A program made the translations under genes and the position numbers. From Zoogloeaceae bacterium (GTDB taxonomy: Bacteria > Pseudomonadota > Gammaproteobacteria > Burkholderiales > Rhodocyclaceae), in the NCBI GenBank assembly GCA_016791025.1, contig JAEUNX010000082.1, positions 33,487-97,486 on the forward strand: DNA of 64,000 bases, written 5' to 3'. Under the pieces are notes generated by a model. It searched no databases. It had not been told where the DNA came from and worked only from the letters and a program-made list of their open reading frames with translations. The first letter of the stretch is position 1; each line of letters opens with the position of its first letter. This document shows positions 1 to 9,693 of this stretch, piece by piece.

Positions 1-1
1 C

Positions 2-976
2 TCCATTCCGGCGATTGCGGAGGACCGCCTGGCGGCCATCCTCTTTACCTCCGGGTCCACCGGCCTCCCCCAGGCCCATCGCAAGCATTGGGGCAAGCTG
101 GTACGCAACGGCGCCGCCGAGGCGCGCCGGCTCGGGTTTGTCGGCCATCACCATGCCATCGTGGGCACGGTCCCCGTCCAGCACAGCTACGGTTTTGAGT
201 CCACCTTCCTCCTTACGCTCCACGGCGGCAGTCCCTTCTGGGCCGGCAAACCCTTCTACCCCCAGGATGTAGCCGCTGCGCTGGCGGCCGTGCCCAGCCC
301 TCGCCTCCTGGTTACGACACCCTTTCACCTCGCCAATCTGATGGCCTCGGGGATTGACCTCCCGCCCGTCGCAATGATCCTGTCGGCCACGGCGCCCCTG
401 TCCCGGGAATTGGCCCAGTCGGTGGAGGAGCGCTACGGGGCGCCGGTGCACGAGATCTACGGTGCCACCGAATGTGGCCAACTCGCCTCGCGACGCACCA
501 CCAACGGTGAGGTATGGAGCCTCCTGGAGGGCGTCCGCCTGCTCCAGGACGGCGACGAGACCCGCGCCGAGGACGGCCATGTCGAAGTCCCGGTGCGCCT
601 GGGCGATCGAATCGAGCTCCTGGGACACGATCGCTTCCTCCTCCTCGGGCGGGAGGCCGATCTCGTCAACCTGGCGGGAAAGCGGACCTCACTGGCCTAC
701 CTCAACCACCAGGTTGGCGCCATCCCCGGCGTCCGGGACGCGGCCTTTTTCCTGCCGCCGGAGCAGGGCCATGGCATGACCCGCCTGTGCGCCTTCGTCG
801 TCGCACCAGGACTGGACGTCGCCACCCTCCAGGCCGAACTGCGCCGCCGCCTCGATCCCATTTTCCTGCCGCGGCCCCTGGTTCTGGTGGAATCCCTGCC
901 CCGCAACACCACCGGCAAGCTTCCCCGCCAGGCCCTTGAAACGCTGTACGCTGACAAGGTGACCCATGAGCATTGA
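2..976 (+). CDS. AMP-dependent synthetase/ligase (aryl/acyl-ACP ligase of aryl-polyene clusters, ApeH/XanA2-like), 5' end cut by window
   Basis: Frame 2 is open from the window edge. Hand translation of nt 2-160 gives ...AAILFTSGSTGLPQAH (adenylate-forming core motif), continuous with listed ORF 161..976. The C-terminus carries LPRNTTGKLPRQ. Confidence 0.8.
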   Translation, partial: SIPAIAEDRLAAILFTSGSTGLPQAHRKHWGKLVRNGAAEARRLGFVGHHHAIVGTVPVQHSYGFESTFLLTLHGGSPFWAGKPFYPQDVAAALAAVPSPRLLVTTPFHLANLMASGIDLPPVAMILSATAPLSRELAQSVEERYGAPVHEIYGATECGQLASRRTTNGEVWSLLEGVRLLQDGDETRAEDGHVEVPVRLGDRIELLGHDRFLLLGREADLVNLAGKRTSLAYLNHQVGAIPGVRDAAFFLPPEQGHGMTRLCAFVVAPGLDVATLQAELRRRLDPIFLPRPLVLVESLPRNTTGKLPRQALETLYADKVTHEH

Positions 977-1268
977 GTTCGTCTGGCCGGTTCCTGCCGA
1001 CTTGCCCGCCTTTGCCGGTCATTTCCCTGGTCAGCCCATCGTCCCCGGCGTGGTGATCCTCGATCGGGCTTTGGGTTACGTGGCTTCCTGGGTGCCTGCC
1101 CCTCCGGCAAGCTGGCAGATCGCCCAGGCCAAGTTCCTGGCCCCGGCCGGGCCCGGTGACACGCTGCGCTTCCGCCTGGAGCGCCGGACCAGCGGGGCCA
1201 TCGCCTTCCAGGTGGAAGGACGAGGAGGACTGGTGGCCACCGGCAATTTGGTTCCTGAGGCCTCATGA
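966..1268 (+). CDS. FabA/FabZ-like hotdog dehydratase
   Basis: 100 aa with GHFPGQPIVPGVVILD, a hotdog dehydratase signature. Overlaps the ligase stop by 11 nt. Confidence 0.6.
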   Translation: MSIEFVWPVPADLPAFAGHFPGQPIVPGVVILDRALGYVASWVPAPPASWQIAQAKFLAPAGPGDTLRFRLERRTSGAIAFQVEGRGGLVATGNLVPEAS

Positions 1269-2167
1269 CCGCCGGGGCGGGCGCCCCCGCCTGGATGCGG
1301 GAGGCCGAGCGCAGCCACCTCCCGATCCTGCGCCTGATGGTGTGGCTCTCCCTGCGCCTGGGACGCGGGGCCACCCGCTGGCTGGTGGCAGGCATCGCGC
1401 TCTATTTCACCCTGTTCTCCCCCCGCTCCCGAGCCGCCAGCCGAGCCTATCTTCACCAGGTCGGGGCCGCCACGGGATGGCGTGCGACATTCCGCCACTT
1501 CTTCGCCTTCGCCAGCACGATTCACGATCGCATCTACCTTCTCAACGGGCGATTTGACCTCTTTAATATCGAAGTCCATGGCACCGAGGCACTCCACGCC
1601 ACCCTGTCCAGCCAGCCCGGCCTATTGCTCATGGGGGGCCATCTGGGGAGTTTCGAGGTCCTCCGCTCGGTGGGTCGCGGCCACGCGCAGCTTCCCGTGG
1701 CCATGCTCATGTACGCTGACAATGCCCGCAAGATCAACACGATTCTGGAAACCATCAATCCCTCGGCCAGCGCTGACATCATTCCCCTCGGCCAGATCAG
1801 GTCGATGCTCGAGGCGCGGGATCGGCTGGAGCAGGGCACCTTGGTGGGCATGCTGGCCGACCGCGGTCTCGGCGGCGACAGCACCCGCATCACCGACTTT
1901 CTCGGCCGACCGGCGGCTTTTCCCCTCGGCCCCTGGCGGGTGGCAGCCATGTTGCGCCGACCCGTATTTTTCATGACCGGCCTTTATCTCGGCGGAAACC
2001 GCTACCGGATCCACCTGGAGCCCCTGGCGGATTTTTCCGCTGTCGAGCGTGGCGAGCGGGAGAACGCCATAGCCGCCGCCGTGGATCGATACGCTGATCG
2101 GCTCGCCCATTTCTGCCGGATCGCGCCCAACAACTGGTTCAATTTCTTTGATTTCTGGCAGTCATGA
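1265..2167 (+). CDS. LpxL/HtrB-family (LPLAT) acyltransferase
   Basis: 300 aa with an LLMGGHLGSFE block (H-x4-E/D type). Has 4-nt overlaps with both neighbours. Confidence 0.6.
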   Translation: MTAGAGAPAWMREAERSHLPILRLMVWLSLRLGRGATRWLVAGIALYFTLFSPRSRAASRAYLHQVGAATGWRATFRHFFAFASTIHDRIYLLNGRFDLFNIEVHGTEALHATLSSQPGLLLMGGHLGSFEVLRSVGRGHAQLPVAMLMYADNARKINTILETINPSASADIIPLGQIRSMLEARDRLEQGTLVGMLADRGLGGDSTRITDFLGRPAAFPLGPWRVAAMLRRPVFFMTGLYLGGNRYRIHLEPLADFSAVERGERENAIAAAVDRYADRLAHFCRIAPNNWFNFFDFWQS

Positions 2168-2736
2168 AACGACTCGGCGCCGTCCTGGCCCTCACCCTTT
2201 GCGCCCTTGCCGCCCCCGTGAAGGCCGGCTTCGACCTCAATCAGCTGATGGCCGATCTGGCCCGGCACCCGGGGGGGCGGGCCACCTTCACCGAGCGGAA
2301 ATATCTGGCCGTGCTGGACAAGCCAGTGGTCTCCAGCGGCGAAATGCGCTTCACCCCCCCTGGGCGCATGGAAAAGCGCACCATTTCACCCCGTTCGGAG
2401 ACCCTGGTGCTCGATCAGGACGTCTTGACGATGGAGCGCGACAAGCGCCGGCTGAGCATCCGCCTCGATGCGCAGCCCGAGGCCCTGGCCTTCGTGGATA
2501 GCCTGCGCGCCCTGCTCGGCGGCGATCGCGTCACCCTTGAACGCAGCTACGCCCTCCAACTGGTGGGCGATGCCCAACGGTGGGTGCTCCACCTCCTGCC
2601 CAGCGACCAGCGGATCGCTGCCCTGGTCCTGCGCATCACGGTGAGTGGCCAGGCCAATCAGGTGAGGAGCATCGAGTACCTCCAGGCCGATGGGGACCGG
2701 ATCGTCCTCGACCTCCAGCCCGTCGCCGGCTCATGA
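2164..2736 (+). CDS. LolA-like periplasmic lipid/lipoprotein carrier (ApeL-like)
   Basis: 190 aa with signal peptide MKRLGAVLALTLCALAAPVKA. Sits between the acyltransferase and the MMPL exporter, as in aryl-polyene clusters. The fold call is mostly contextual. Confidence 0.55.
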   Translation: MKRLGAVLALTLCALAAPVKAGFDLNQLMADLARHPGGRATFTERKYLAVLDKPVVSSGEMRFTPPGRMEKRTISPRSETLVLDQDVLTMERDKRRLSIRLDAQPEALAFVDSLRALLGGDRVTLERSYALQLVGDAQRWVLHLLPSDQRIAALVLRITVSGQANQVRSIEYLQADGDRIVLDLQPVAGS

Positions 2737-5069
2737 CCCGGTTAGTCCCGCGTCCGGTGCTCCTTTGGATTCTCGCCCTGCTGGCGGGACTTGCCATCGC
2801 CTGGCACAGCCGCTTCAACGCCGACATGTCTTTCGTCCTCCCTCTCCACCCGACGCCGAGCCAGGAGGTGATGATCCGTCAGATCAAGGAGGGCGTCGTG
2901 TCCCGCCTGCTCATGGTTGGGATAGGCGGAGGCGACGCGGACCAGCGGGCCCAGGCTTCCCGTGACTTGCGGGCGCGGCTGGTCGCCTCCGGCGCCTTCA
3001 CGTCAGTCCAGAATGGCGAGGCCGGTAGCCAGGACGCCGACCGCGAATACCTGTTTCGCAACCGCTACCTGCTAAGCCCCGCCGTGACCCCTGCCCGCTT
3101 CACGGTCGAGGGGCTGCGCGAAAGCATCGGCGCCAGCATCGACCTTCTGGCCTCCCCAGCCGGGATGATGCTCAAGCGCAGCCTCCCCCAGGACCCGACG
3201 GGCGAGCTCTGGGCCCAGATCAGCGCCCTTGATCCCACCAGCGAACCGCCCAGCCGGGCAGGCGTGTGGGCCTCCCGGGATGGCGGGAGGGCGCTTCTGG
3301 TGCTGCAGACGAAGGCCCTGGGCTCGGACACCGATGGTCAGGAGCAGGCCCTGGCCACCCTAGACGCCCAGTTCGAACAAGTCCGTCAGACCCCGGGTCT
3401 GACCGCGCTGACCCTGGAAGTGGCGGGCCCGGGGCGATTCGCGGTCAAAGCCCGTGACACCATCCGCGAAGAGGTGAGTCGGCTCTCAATCCTCAGCACC
3501 GTCGCGATTGTCGTGGTGCTGGCCTTCGTTTATCGCTCGCCCCGCCTGGTCTTCCTTGGTCTTCTGCCGGTGGCCAGCGGCGCCCTGGCCGGGGTCGTAG
3601 CGGTAAGCCTGATCTTCGGCACGGTTTTCGGCATCACCATCGGCTTTGGTGCCGCCCTCATCGGCGAGGCGGTGGACTACTCCATCTACTACTTCCTTCA
3701 GTCAGGGCGGGTGGGCGCAGAGGCATGGCGGACCCGCTTTTGGCCCACGGTCCGCCTGGGCGTGCTGACTTCCCTCGCCGGCTTCGGCGCCCTGCTCTTT
3801 TCCGGCTTCCCCGGGCTGGCCCAACTCGGGCTGTACGCCATGAGCGGCGTGCTCACCGCCGCCCTCGTCACCCGCTTTGTGCTGCCGGTGCTAGCGGGAC
3901 CCGTCCCGGCAGTGCGGGACCTGACCGGTCCGGGAATCCGCCTCGCCGCCATGGGCCAGGCCCTCCGGCGCGGACGCTGGGCCGCCCTCGTGCTCGCGGT
4001 CCTCGCCCTGACTCACCTGGCCATCCACCGCGGGGATCTCTGGCAGGCCAACATTTCCGCCCTCAGCAGCGTGGACCCCGCCGATCTGGCCGTGGACCAG
4101 GCCCTGCGGGCCGACATCGGCGCCCCGGACGCCCGTTATATGGTGGTGGTGCAGGGCATCAACCAGGAAGCGGCCCTCCAGGCGGCGGAAGCAGCCGGGG
4201 CGCGGCTTGATCGTCTGGTGGAAAGCGGTCGTCTGGGCGGTTATGACAGCCCGGCCCGCTTCCTGCCCAGCCAGGCCCTTCAACGCCAACGTCAGGCGGC
4301 CCTGCCGGAGCCCGCCGACCTGGCGCGACGGCTGGCTGTGGCCCAGGCAGACTCCCCCCTGCCGGCGAATCGGCTGGCCCCGTTTCTCGCCGATATCGCG
4401 GCCGCCCGGGCCCAACCCCTGATTGGTCGCGACCAGCTCGACGGAACTCAGCTCGCCCTGGCGACGGACGCCCTCATGGAACGTCATCCCGCGGGTTGGG
4501 GGGTACTGCTCCCCTTGCGGCCTGCCGGCGGCGATGGGGAGATCGATACCGACGCGGTCCGCGCAGCCCTGGTGGGGACCGGGGCGTTGTTCATCGACCT
4601 CAAGGGCGAACTGAATCACCTCTACGCCAGTTATCTGGGCGAGGCCCTCGTCCTGGCCCTGGCGGGGGTGGCCGCCATCGTTGCACTGCTCGCCGCCACC
4701 CTTCGCTCCCTGCCCCGCCTGGTGGCCGTCATCGGGCCCTTGGGCCTGGCGGTGGTCCTGGTCATGGCCGGCTTGCATGCGCTAGGCCAACCCCTCCATC
4801 TGCTGCACCTGGTGGGCTTCCTCCTCATCGTCGCGGTGGGGTCGAACTACGCCCTCTTCTTCGAGCGTTCAGCTGACTCGGCCGGGATCGACCCCACGAC
4901 CCTGACCTCCATGGTGGTGGCAAACATCACGACGGTGATCGGTTTCGGCGTGCTGGGTCTGTCATCGGTTCCGGTGCTCCACGCGGTGGGGGTGACCGTG
5001 GGACCGGGTGCAGCTTTGGTACTGGTGCTGTCCGCTGCGTTTCTCACCCGCCGGGCCGCCCCGGCCTGA
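2733..5069 (+). CDS. MMPL/RND-superfamily exporter
   Basis: Listed ORF is 2580..5069. Start moved to ATG 2733 (MTRLVPRPVLLWILALLAG), which makes an ATGA overlap with the upstream stop. About 778 aa, with two clusters of TM helices separated by large soluble regions. Confidence 0.8.
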   Translation: MTRLVPRPVLLWILALLAGLAIAWHSRFNADMSFVLPLHPTPSQEVMIRQIKEGVVSRLLMVGIGGGDADQRAQASRDLRARLVASGAFTSVQNGEAGSQDADREYLFRNRYLLSPAVTPARFTVEGLRESIGASIDLLASPAGMMLKRSLPQDPTGELWAQISALDPTSEPPSRAGVWASRDGGRALLVLQTKALGSDTDGQEQALATLDAQFEQVRQTPGLTALTLEVAGPGRFAVKARDTIREEVSRLSILSTVAIVVVLAFVYRSPRLVFLGLLPVASGALAGVVAVSLIFGTVFGITIGFGAALIGEAVDYSIYYFLQSGRVGAEAWRTRFWPTVRLGVLTSLAGFGALLFSGFPGLAQLGLYAMSGVLTAALVTRFVLPVLAGPVPAVRDLTGPGIRLAAMGQALRRGRWAALVLAVLALTHLAIHRGDLWQANISALSSVDPADLAVDQALRADIGAPDARYMVVVQGINQEAALQAAEAAGARLDRLVESGRLGGYDSPARFLPSQALQRQRQAALPEPADLARRLAVAQADSPLPANRLAPFLADIAAARAQPLIGRDQLDGTQLALATDALMERHPAGWGVLLPLRPAGGDGEIDTDAVRAALVGTGALFIDLKGELNHLYASYLGEALVLALAGVAAIVALLAATLRSLPRLVAVIGPLGLAVVLVMAGLHALGQPLHLLHLVGFLLIVAVGSNYALFFERSADSAGIDPTTLTSMVVANITTVIGFGVLGLSSVPVLHAVGVTVGPGAALVLVLSAAFLTRRAAPA

Positions 5070-5096
5070 GAGCCGCCCCACCCTCCCCCACACCCC

Positions 5097-5924
5097 ATGC
5101 CGCGCTCCTGGTCCCCCTCCCCCGTCCTCCAGGCCACCTTCGCCCTCCACGGCCTCACTGCCGTGGGGCTGGCGATCGCCCCGGGACTGTGGCCCTGGGG
5201 ACTGGGGGCGCTGGCAGCCAATCACGTGCTGCTCACTACGGCCGGCCTCCTGCCCCGCTCGCGAATCCTGGGTTCTAACCTGACTCGCCTGCCGCCCGCG
5301 GCCGCGGCACGTCGTCAGATCGCGCTCACCATCGACGATGGCCCTGACCCGGAAGTAACGCCCCGGGTGCTGGATCTTCTGGACGCGGCAGGGGCCAAAG
5401 CAAGCTTCTTTTGCATCGGCCACCGGGCCCGCGCTTTTCCGGCCCTGTGCCGGGAGATCGCCGCGCGGGGGCATCGGGTCGAAAATCACGGCGACGCCCA
5501 TTCCAACGCCTTCTCACTGTTCGGCCCGGCCAGGATGCGGGCGGACATCCAGCGGGCCCAGGAGACCCTCACGGACCTCGCCGGCCAATCGCCGCGCTTT
5601 TTTCGCGCGACTGCCGGGCTGCGCAACCCCTTCCTCGATCCGGTGCTGGCCTCCCTGGATCTGCGCCTCGCGGCCTGGACCCGGCGCGGTTACGACACGC
5701 GCTGCCCCGACTCCGAAGTGGTGCGACACCGCCTGGTCCGCAATCTGGCCCCGGGTGACATCCTCCTCGCCCACGATGGTCACGCAGCGCGAACGGCCGA
5801 TGGCACCCCGGTCATTCTCGCCGTGCTGCCGCCCCTTCTGGTCCACCTCCGCGCCGCTGGCCTGGCGCCGGTGACCTTGGTCGAGGCCTGTGCCGACGAC
5901 CTGACGTCTGCCCCGACGCCATGA
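5097..5924 (+). CDS. Polysaccharide deacetylase (NodB homology domain)
   Basis: IALTIDDGPDPEVTP and HRVENHGDAH motifs. An N-terminal hydrophobic segment is present. Confidence 0.7.
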   Translation: MPRSWSPSPVLQATFALHGLTAVGLAIAPGLWPWGLGALAANHVLLTTAGLLPRSRILGSNLTRLPPAAAARRQIALTIDDGPDPEVTPRVLDLLDAAGAKASFFCIGHRARAFPALCREIAARGHRVENHGDAHSNAFSLFGPARMRADIQRAQETLTDLAGQSPRFFRATAGLRNPFLDPVLASLDLRLAAWTRRGYDTRCPDSEVVRHRLVRNLAPGDILLAHDGHAARTADGTPVILAVLPPLLVHLRAAGLAPVTLVEACADDLTSAPTP

Positions 5925-6463
5925 GCATTCCCCTGGGTGACCTCCCCCTGTTCGTCTTGGGCAGCGCCGCCCTCGCCTGGGTGTCGCGCAAGCCGCTACG
6001 CCAACCGGGTTCCCATGGCTTCTGGCGTTTTTTCGCTTGGGAAGCCATCCTCGCCCTGAGCGTGCTCAATCGCGATCCCGTGGGTCCGCAATTCTTCTCG
6101 GAAACTTTGCTTCAGTTCAGCTTGGTGCCGGCGGGCCTGGGATTGTTGGCCCTGGTCAGGCAGGGCCGCACCAGCCCCGAGCGGCCCGACGCGGCCCTTC
6201 TGCCCTTCGAACGGACCACCCAGCTCGTCACCCAGGGCATCTACCGCCACATCCGCCACCCCATGTACGCCGCGCTGCTGGGGCTCACCTGGGGCATGTG
6301 CCTGCGGGCCCCCAGCAGCGTGGGCATCGGACTGGCCACCTTGGCAAGCTACCTGCTGCTGTGCACGGCCCGGGCGGAGGAGAGGGAGTGCATCGCCTAT
6401 TTTGGCCAGCCCTACCGGGACTACATGAAGCGGTCATGGCGCTTCGTGCCCTGGATCTATTGA
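5921..6463 (+). CDS. ICMT/PEMT-type membrane methyltransferase
   Basis: 180 aa, multi-TM, with an RHIRHPMYAALLG motif. ATGA overlap with the upstream gene. Confidence 0.6.
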   Translation: MSIPLGDLPLFVLGSAALAWVSRKPLRQPGSHGFWRFFAWEAILALSVLNRDPVGPQFFSETLLQFSLVPAGLGLLALVRQGRTSPERPDAALLPFERTTQLVTQGIYRHIRHPMYAALLGLTWGMCLRAPSSVGIGLATLASYLLLCTARAEERECIAYFGQPYRDYMKRSWRFVPWIY

Positions 6464-6540
6464 AGCGGCAGGGGACCGGGTGGGGATGATCTGGCTCAGC
6501 GTTTGCTAGAATTCTGCCCATTTCCCCCCGCGCCCACATC

Positions 6541-7731
6541 GTGACGCCCATTCAGATTTCTGCCTACACCGCCACAACCTGTCTGGGCCGCGGCCTCGCC
6601 GCGACCCAGTCCGCCATCGCCCATGGCATCGGTGGGCTTGCGCCTTGCCACTTCGAAACCGTCCGCCTCGACACCTGGATCGGGGAAGTGCCTGGCGTCG
6701 ATGACCAGGGGCTGCCGAGTTCGTTGAAGGCGTACGACTGCCGAAATAATCGGCTCACCCTGATGGGGCTGGAGACCGACGGATTCGCCGACCAGGTGCG
6801 GAACACCGCGGCCCGCCTGGGCCGGGACCGGGTTGGGGTCTTTCTCGGGACCAGCACCTCCGGAATCCTCCAGACTGAGCTGGCCTACCGCCGGCGCGAC
6901 GCGGCCACCGGAGCCCTGCCACCCGACTTCTCCTATCGCGGCAGCCACAATTCCTTCAGCCTTACTGAATTCACCCGCCGCTATTTCGGATTGGAAGGCA
7001 TGGCGATGACGGTTTCCACCGCCTGCTCTTCCAGCGCCAAGGTGTTCGCGGCCGCATCCCGGCAGCTCGCCCTGGGCACCATCGACGCCGCCGTTGTCGG
7101 TGGTGTGGATAGCCTGTGCCTGACGACGCTCTACGGCTTCGCCTCGCTCCAGCTGACTTCGGCGCGCCCCTGCCGACCCTATGACCTTCATCGGGACGGG
7201 ATTTCGATCGCCGAGGGCGCCGCCTTTGCGCTCCTGGAGCGTGCCGACACCCCTGATTCGGGGACGATCCTCCTCCTTGGCGCGGGCGAGTCCAGCGACG
7301 CCTACCACATGTCCGCCCCCCACCCCGAGGGCCTGGGTGCGCGCCTAGCCATGGAAGGTGCGCTCCGGGCGGCGGCCTTGGTCCCCCGGGACATCGACTA
7401 TATCAACCTCCACGGCACCGCGACCCCTGCCAACGATGCCGCCGAGGGCAAGGCGGTGGCGGCCCTGTTCGGCGCCGCTACGCCCTGCAGTTCAACCAAG
7501 GGTGCCACCGGCCATACCCTCGGCGCCGCCGGCGCTGTGGAGGCCGTGATCTGCGCCCTCGCACTGGACGGACGCTTCCTGCCGGGCAGTCCCGGCACCG
7601 AGGCGGTGGATCCGGCCCTTGGCCTCGATTACGTCCAGCAGACTCGCGCCGCTAAGCCGCGCCGGGCCCTGTCGAACTCCTTTGGGTTCGGCGGCAGCAA
7701 CTGCAGCCTGATCTTCGGGGTGGCCGCATGA
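6541..7731 (+). CDS. Beta-ketoacyl-ACP synthase (FabB/F-like KS, ApeO-like)
   Basis: VSTACSSSAKV (active-site Cys), NLHGTATPANDAAE, STKGATGHTLGAAG, FGFGGSNCSLIF. GTG start. Confidence 0.85.
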   Translation: MTPIQISAYTATTCLGRGLAATQSAIAHGIGGLAPCHFETVRLDTWIGEVPGVDDQGLPSSLKAYDCRNNRLTLMGLETDGFADQVRNTAARLGRDRVGVFLGTSTSGILQTELAYRRRDAATGALPPDFSYRGSHNSFSLTEFTRRYFGLEGMAMTVSTACSSSAKVFAAASRQLALGTIDAAVVGGVDSLCLTTLYGFASLQLTSARPCRPYDLHRDGISIAEGAAFALLERADTPDSGTILLLGAGESSDAYHMSAPHPEGLGARLAMEGALRAAALVPRDIDYINLHGTATPANDAAEGKAVAALFGAATPCSSTKGATGHTLGAAGAVEAVICALALDGRFLPGSPGTEAVDPALGLDYVQQTRAAKPRRALSNSFGFGGSNCSLIFGVAA

Positions 7732-8528
7732 GCCCCACCCTATCCGCCTGGATTGACGGAGTTGGCTTTCTCGCGCCGGGGCTTCCCGATTGGTCGGTCG
7801 CCCAGGCCGTTCTGCGCGGCGAATTTCCCTATGTCGCTGCAGCCTCGCTTCTTCCCGCCCCCGCGGTCCTCCCCCCCGCAGAGCGTCGCCGGGCGAGCCG
7901 CGTCGTCAAGCTCACCCTGGCCGTGGGCCTCGAGGCCGCCGCAGCGGCGGGCGCCGATCCCGCCCAACTCGCCACGGTGTTCACCGCATCCGGTGCCGAT
8001 GGGCACAATTGCCATGCCCTTTGCGAGCAACTGGCCGGTGACGATCGCCAGATTTCGCCCACGCGCTTCCACAATTCGGTTCATAACGCGCCGGCGGGCT
8101 ATTGGGGCATTGCCACCGGCTCCATGGCACCGACCCAGGTCCTGTGCGCCTTCGACGGGAGTTTCGGCGCCGGTCTCCTCGACGCCCTTGGCCAGGTCGT
8201 GGCTGATCAACAGACCACCCTCCTCATCGCCTATGACAGTGAATACCCACCACCGCTCTTCGCAACCCGCCCGCTGCCCGATGTCGCCGCGGTGGCACTG
8301 CTGCTGAGCCCCCGCGCCGGAGAGGGGAGCCTGGCCCGCATTACGGTCGGCCCAACCGGGGATACTCCCCAGAGCCTGGCCGATCCAGCGCTGGAGGGCC
8401 TGCGGCTGGCGCTCCCAGCCCTGCGGGCCCTGCCCCTGCTGCAGAACCTCGCCCGGCGGGACTCTGGCTCGGTGGTGCTGGAATTTCTTGCGCCACTCCA
8501 CCTCGAGGTCGCCGTCGAGCCATGCTAG
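7728..8528 (+). CDS. KS-like partner without recognisable Cys-His-His triad (chain-length-factor-like)
   Basis: 266 aa, overlapping the KS stop by 4 nt. No active-site Cys context is visible. Its position matches the KS/CLF pair of aryl-polyene systems. Confidence 0.55.
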   Translation: MSPTLSAWIDGVGFLAPGLPDWSVAQAVLRGEFPYVAAASLLPAPAVLPPAERRRASRVVKLTLAVGLEAAAAAGADPAQLATVFTASGADGHNCHALCEQLAGDDRQISPTRFHNSVHNAPAGYWGIATGSMAPTQVLCAFDGSFGAGLLDALGQVVADQQTTLLIAYDSEYPPPLFATRPLPDVAAVALLLSPRAGEGSLARITVGPTGDTPQSLADPALEGLRLALPALRALPLLQNLARRDSGSVVLEFLAPLHLEVAVEPC

Positions 8529-8971
8529 ACCGGAGCTGGATTGCCGCCCACATTCCCCACCAGGGCGCCATGTGTCTCCTGGACGAGGTGATGGAGTGGT
8601 CCGACGCGGCGATCCTCTGCCGAACGATGAGCCACCTCAACGCCGACCATCCCCTTCGAGAAGGCGATCGTCTCGGTGCGGCCCACGGCATCGAGTATGC
8701 GGCCCAGGCCATGGCGATTCACGGCGCCCTCCTGGCCGATTGTGACGGTCCACCCCGACAGGGCTATCTCACCAGTGTCCGGGGGGTTCGGCTCCATGTC
8801 CCCCGTCTGGACGATGGGCCCGGAGCGCTTTGGGTCCGGGCGGAACGACTGACCGGGGATGCCAATCATGTGATGTATTCCTTCTCGGTGGAGCAGGCGG
8901 GTCGCTGCCTGGTCGAAGGGCGTGCCTCGGTCGTCCTCGACGCCTCTGCCCTACGGGGTGCAACCCCATGA
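8522..8971 (+). CDS. Hotdog-fold dehydratase/thioesterase-like protein (ApeP-like)
   Basis: 149 aa with HPLREGDRLGAAHGIEYAAQAMAIHG, a hotdog-like core. Overlaps both neighbours. Confidence 0.55.
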   Translation: MLDRSWIAAHIPHQGAMCLLDEVMEWSDAAILCRTMSHLNADHPLREGDRLGAAHGIEYAAQAMAIHGALLADCDGPPRQGYLTSVRGVRLHVPRLDDGPGALWVRAERLTGDANHVMYSFSVEQAGRCLVEGRASVVLDASALRGATP

Positions 8972-9687
8972 AGCGGGCCCTCGTCACCGGTGGGAGCGGA
9001 GGTATCGGCGCGGCGATCTGTCGCCGGCTTGCCGCCGATGGGCACCACGTCATCGTCCACGGAAGCCGTCCCGGCGGTCTCGCCGAAGAGATCGCCCAGG
9101 ATTTGCGCGCCGTTCACCTGCAGGCCGAAGCGGTGGCCTTCGACGTGGCCGACCGGGCCGCAACCGCCACGGCTCTCGCGGCGATTCTCGCCGCCGGTCC
9201 GGTGCAGATTCTGGTGAACAACGCCGGGGTCCATGACGACGCCGTGTTCCCTGGCATGACCGGCGCCCAGTGGGACCGTGTGATGAACGTGTCTCTCGAC
9301 GGCTTTTACAACGTCACCCAGCCCCTCTCCCTCCCGATGCTGCGCACCCGCTGGGGCCGCATCGTCACGATTTCTTCCGTGGCCGGTCTGACTGGGAACC
9401 GGGGCCAGGTGAATTACGCCGCTGCCAAGGGGGCCCTCCACGCGGCGACCAAATCCCTCGCCCTGGAACTGGCCAGCCGTGGAGTCACCGTCAATGCGGT
9501 GGCGCCCGGCATCATCGACACCGCCATGAGCGGCGAAGCGTTCGACGAAGCCACCATTAAGCGCATTGTCCCCATGGGGCGGGCCGGACGCCCGGAGGAA
9601 GTGGCCGATCTGGTGGGATTTCTGGTGTCCGATCAAGCCGCTTACATCTCCGGACAGATCCTCTCCATCAACGGCGCGATGGTCTGA
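8968..9687 (+). CDS. 3-oxoacyl-ACP reductase (SDR, FabG-like ketoreductase)
   Basis: Start moved to ATG 8968 (MKRALVTGGSGGIGAAI), an ATGA overlap. Also NNAG and YAAAKGAL (Y-x3-K). Confidence 0.85.
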   Translation: MKRALVTGGSGGIGAAICRRLAADGHHVIVHGSRPGGLAEEIAQDLRAVHLQAEAVAFDVADRAATATALAAILAAGPVQILVNNAGVHDDAVFPGMTGAQWDRVMNVSLDGFYNVTQPLSLPMLRTRWGRIVTISSVAGLTGNRGQVNYAAAKGALHAATKSLALELASRGVTVNAVAPGIIDTAMSGEAFDEATIKRIVPMGRAGRPEEVADLVGFLVSDQAAYISGQILSINGAMV

Positions 9688-9693
9688 TCCACC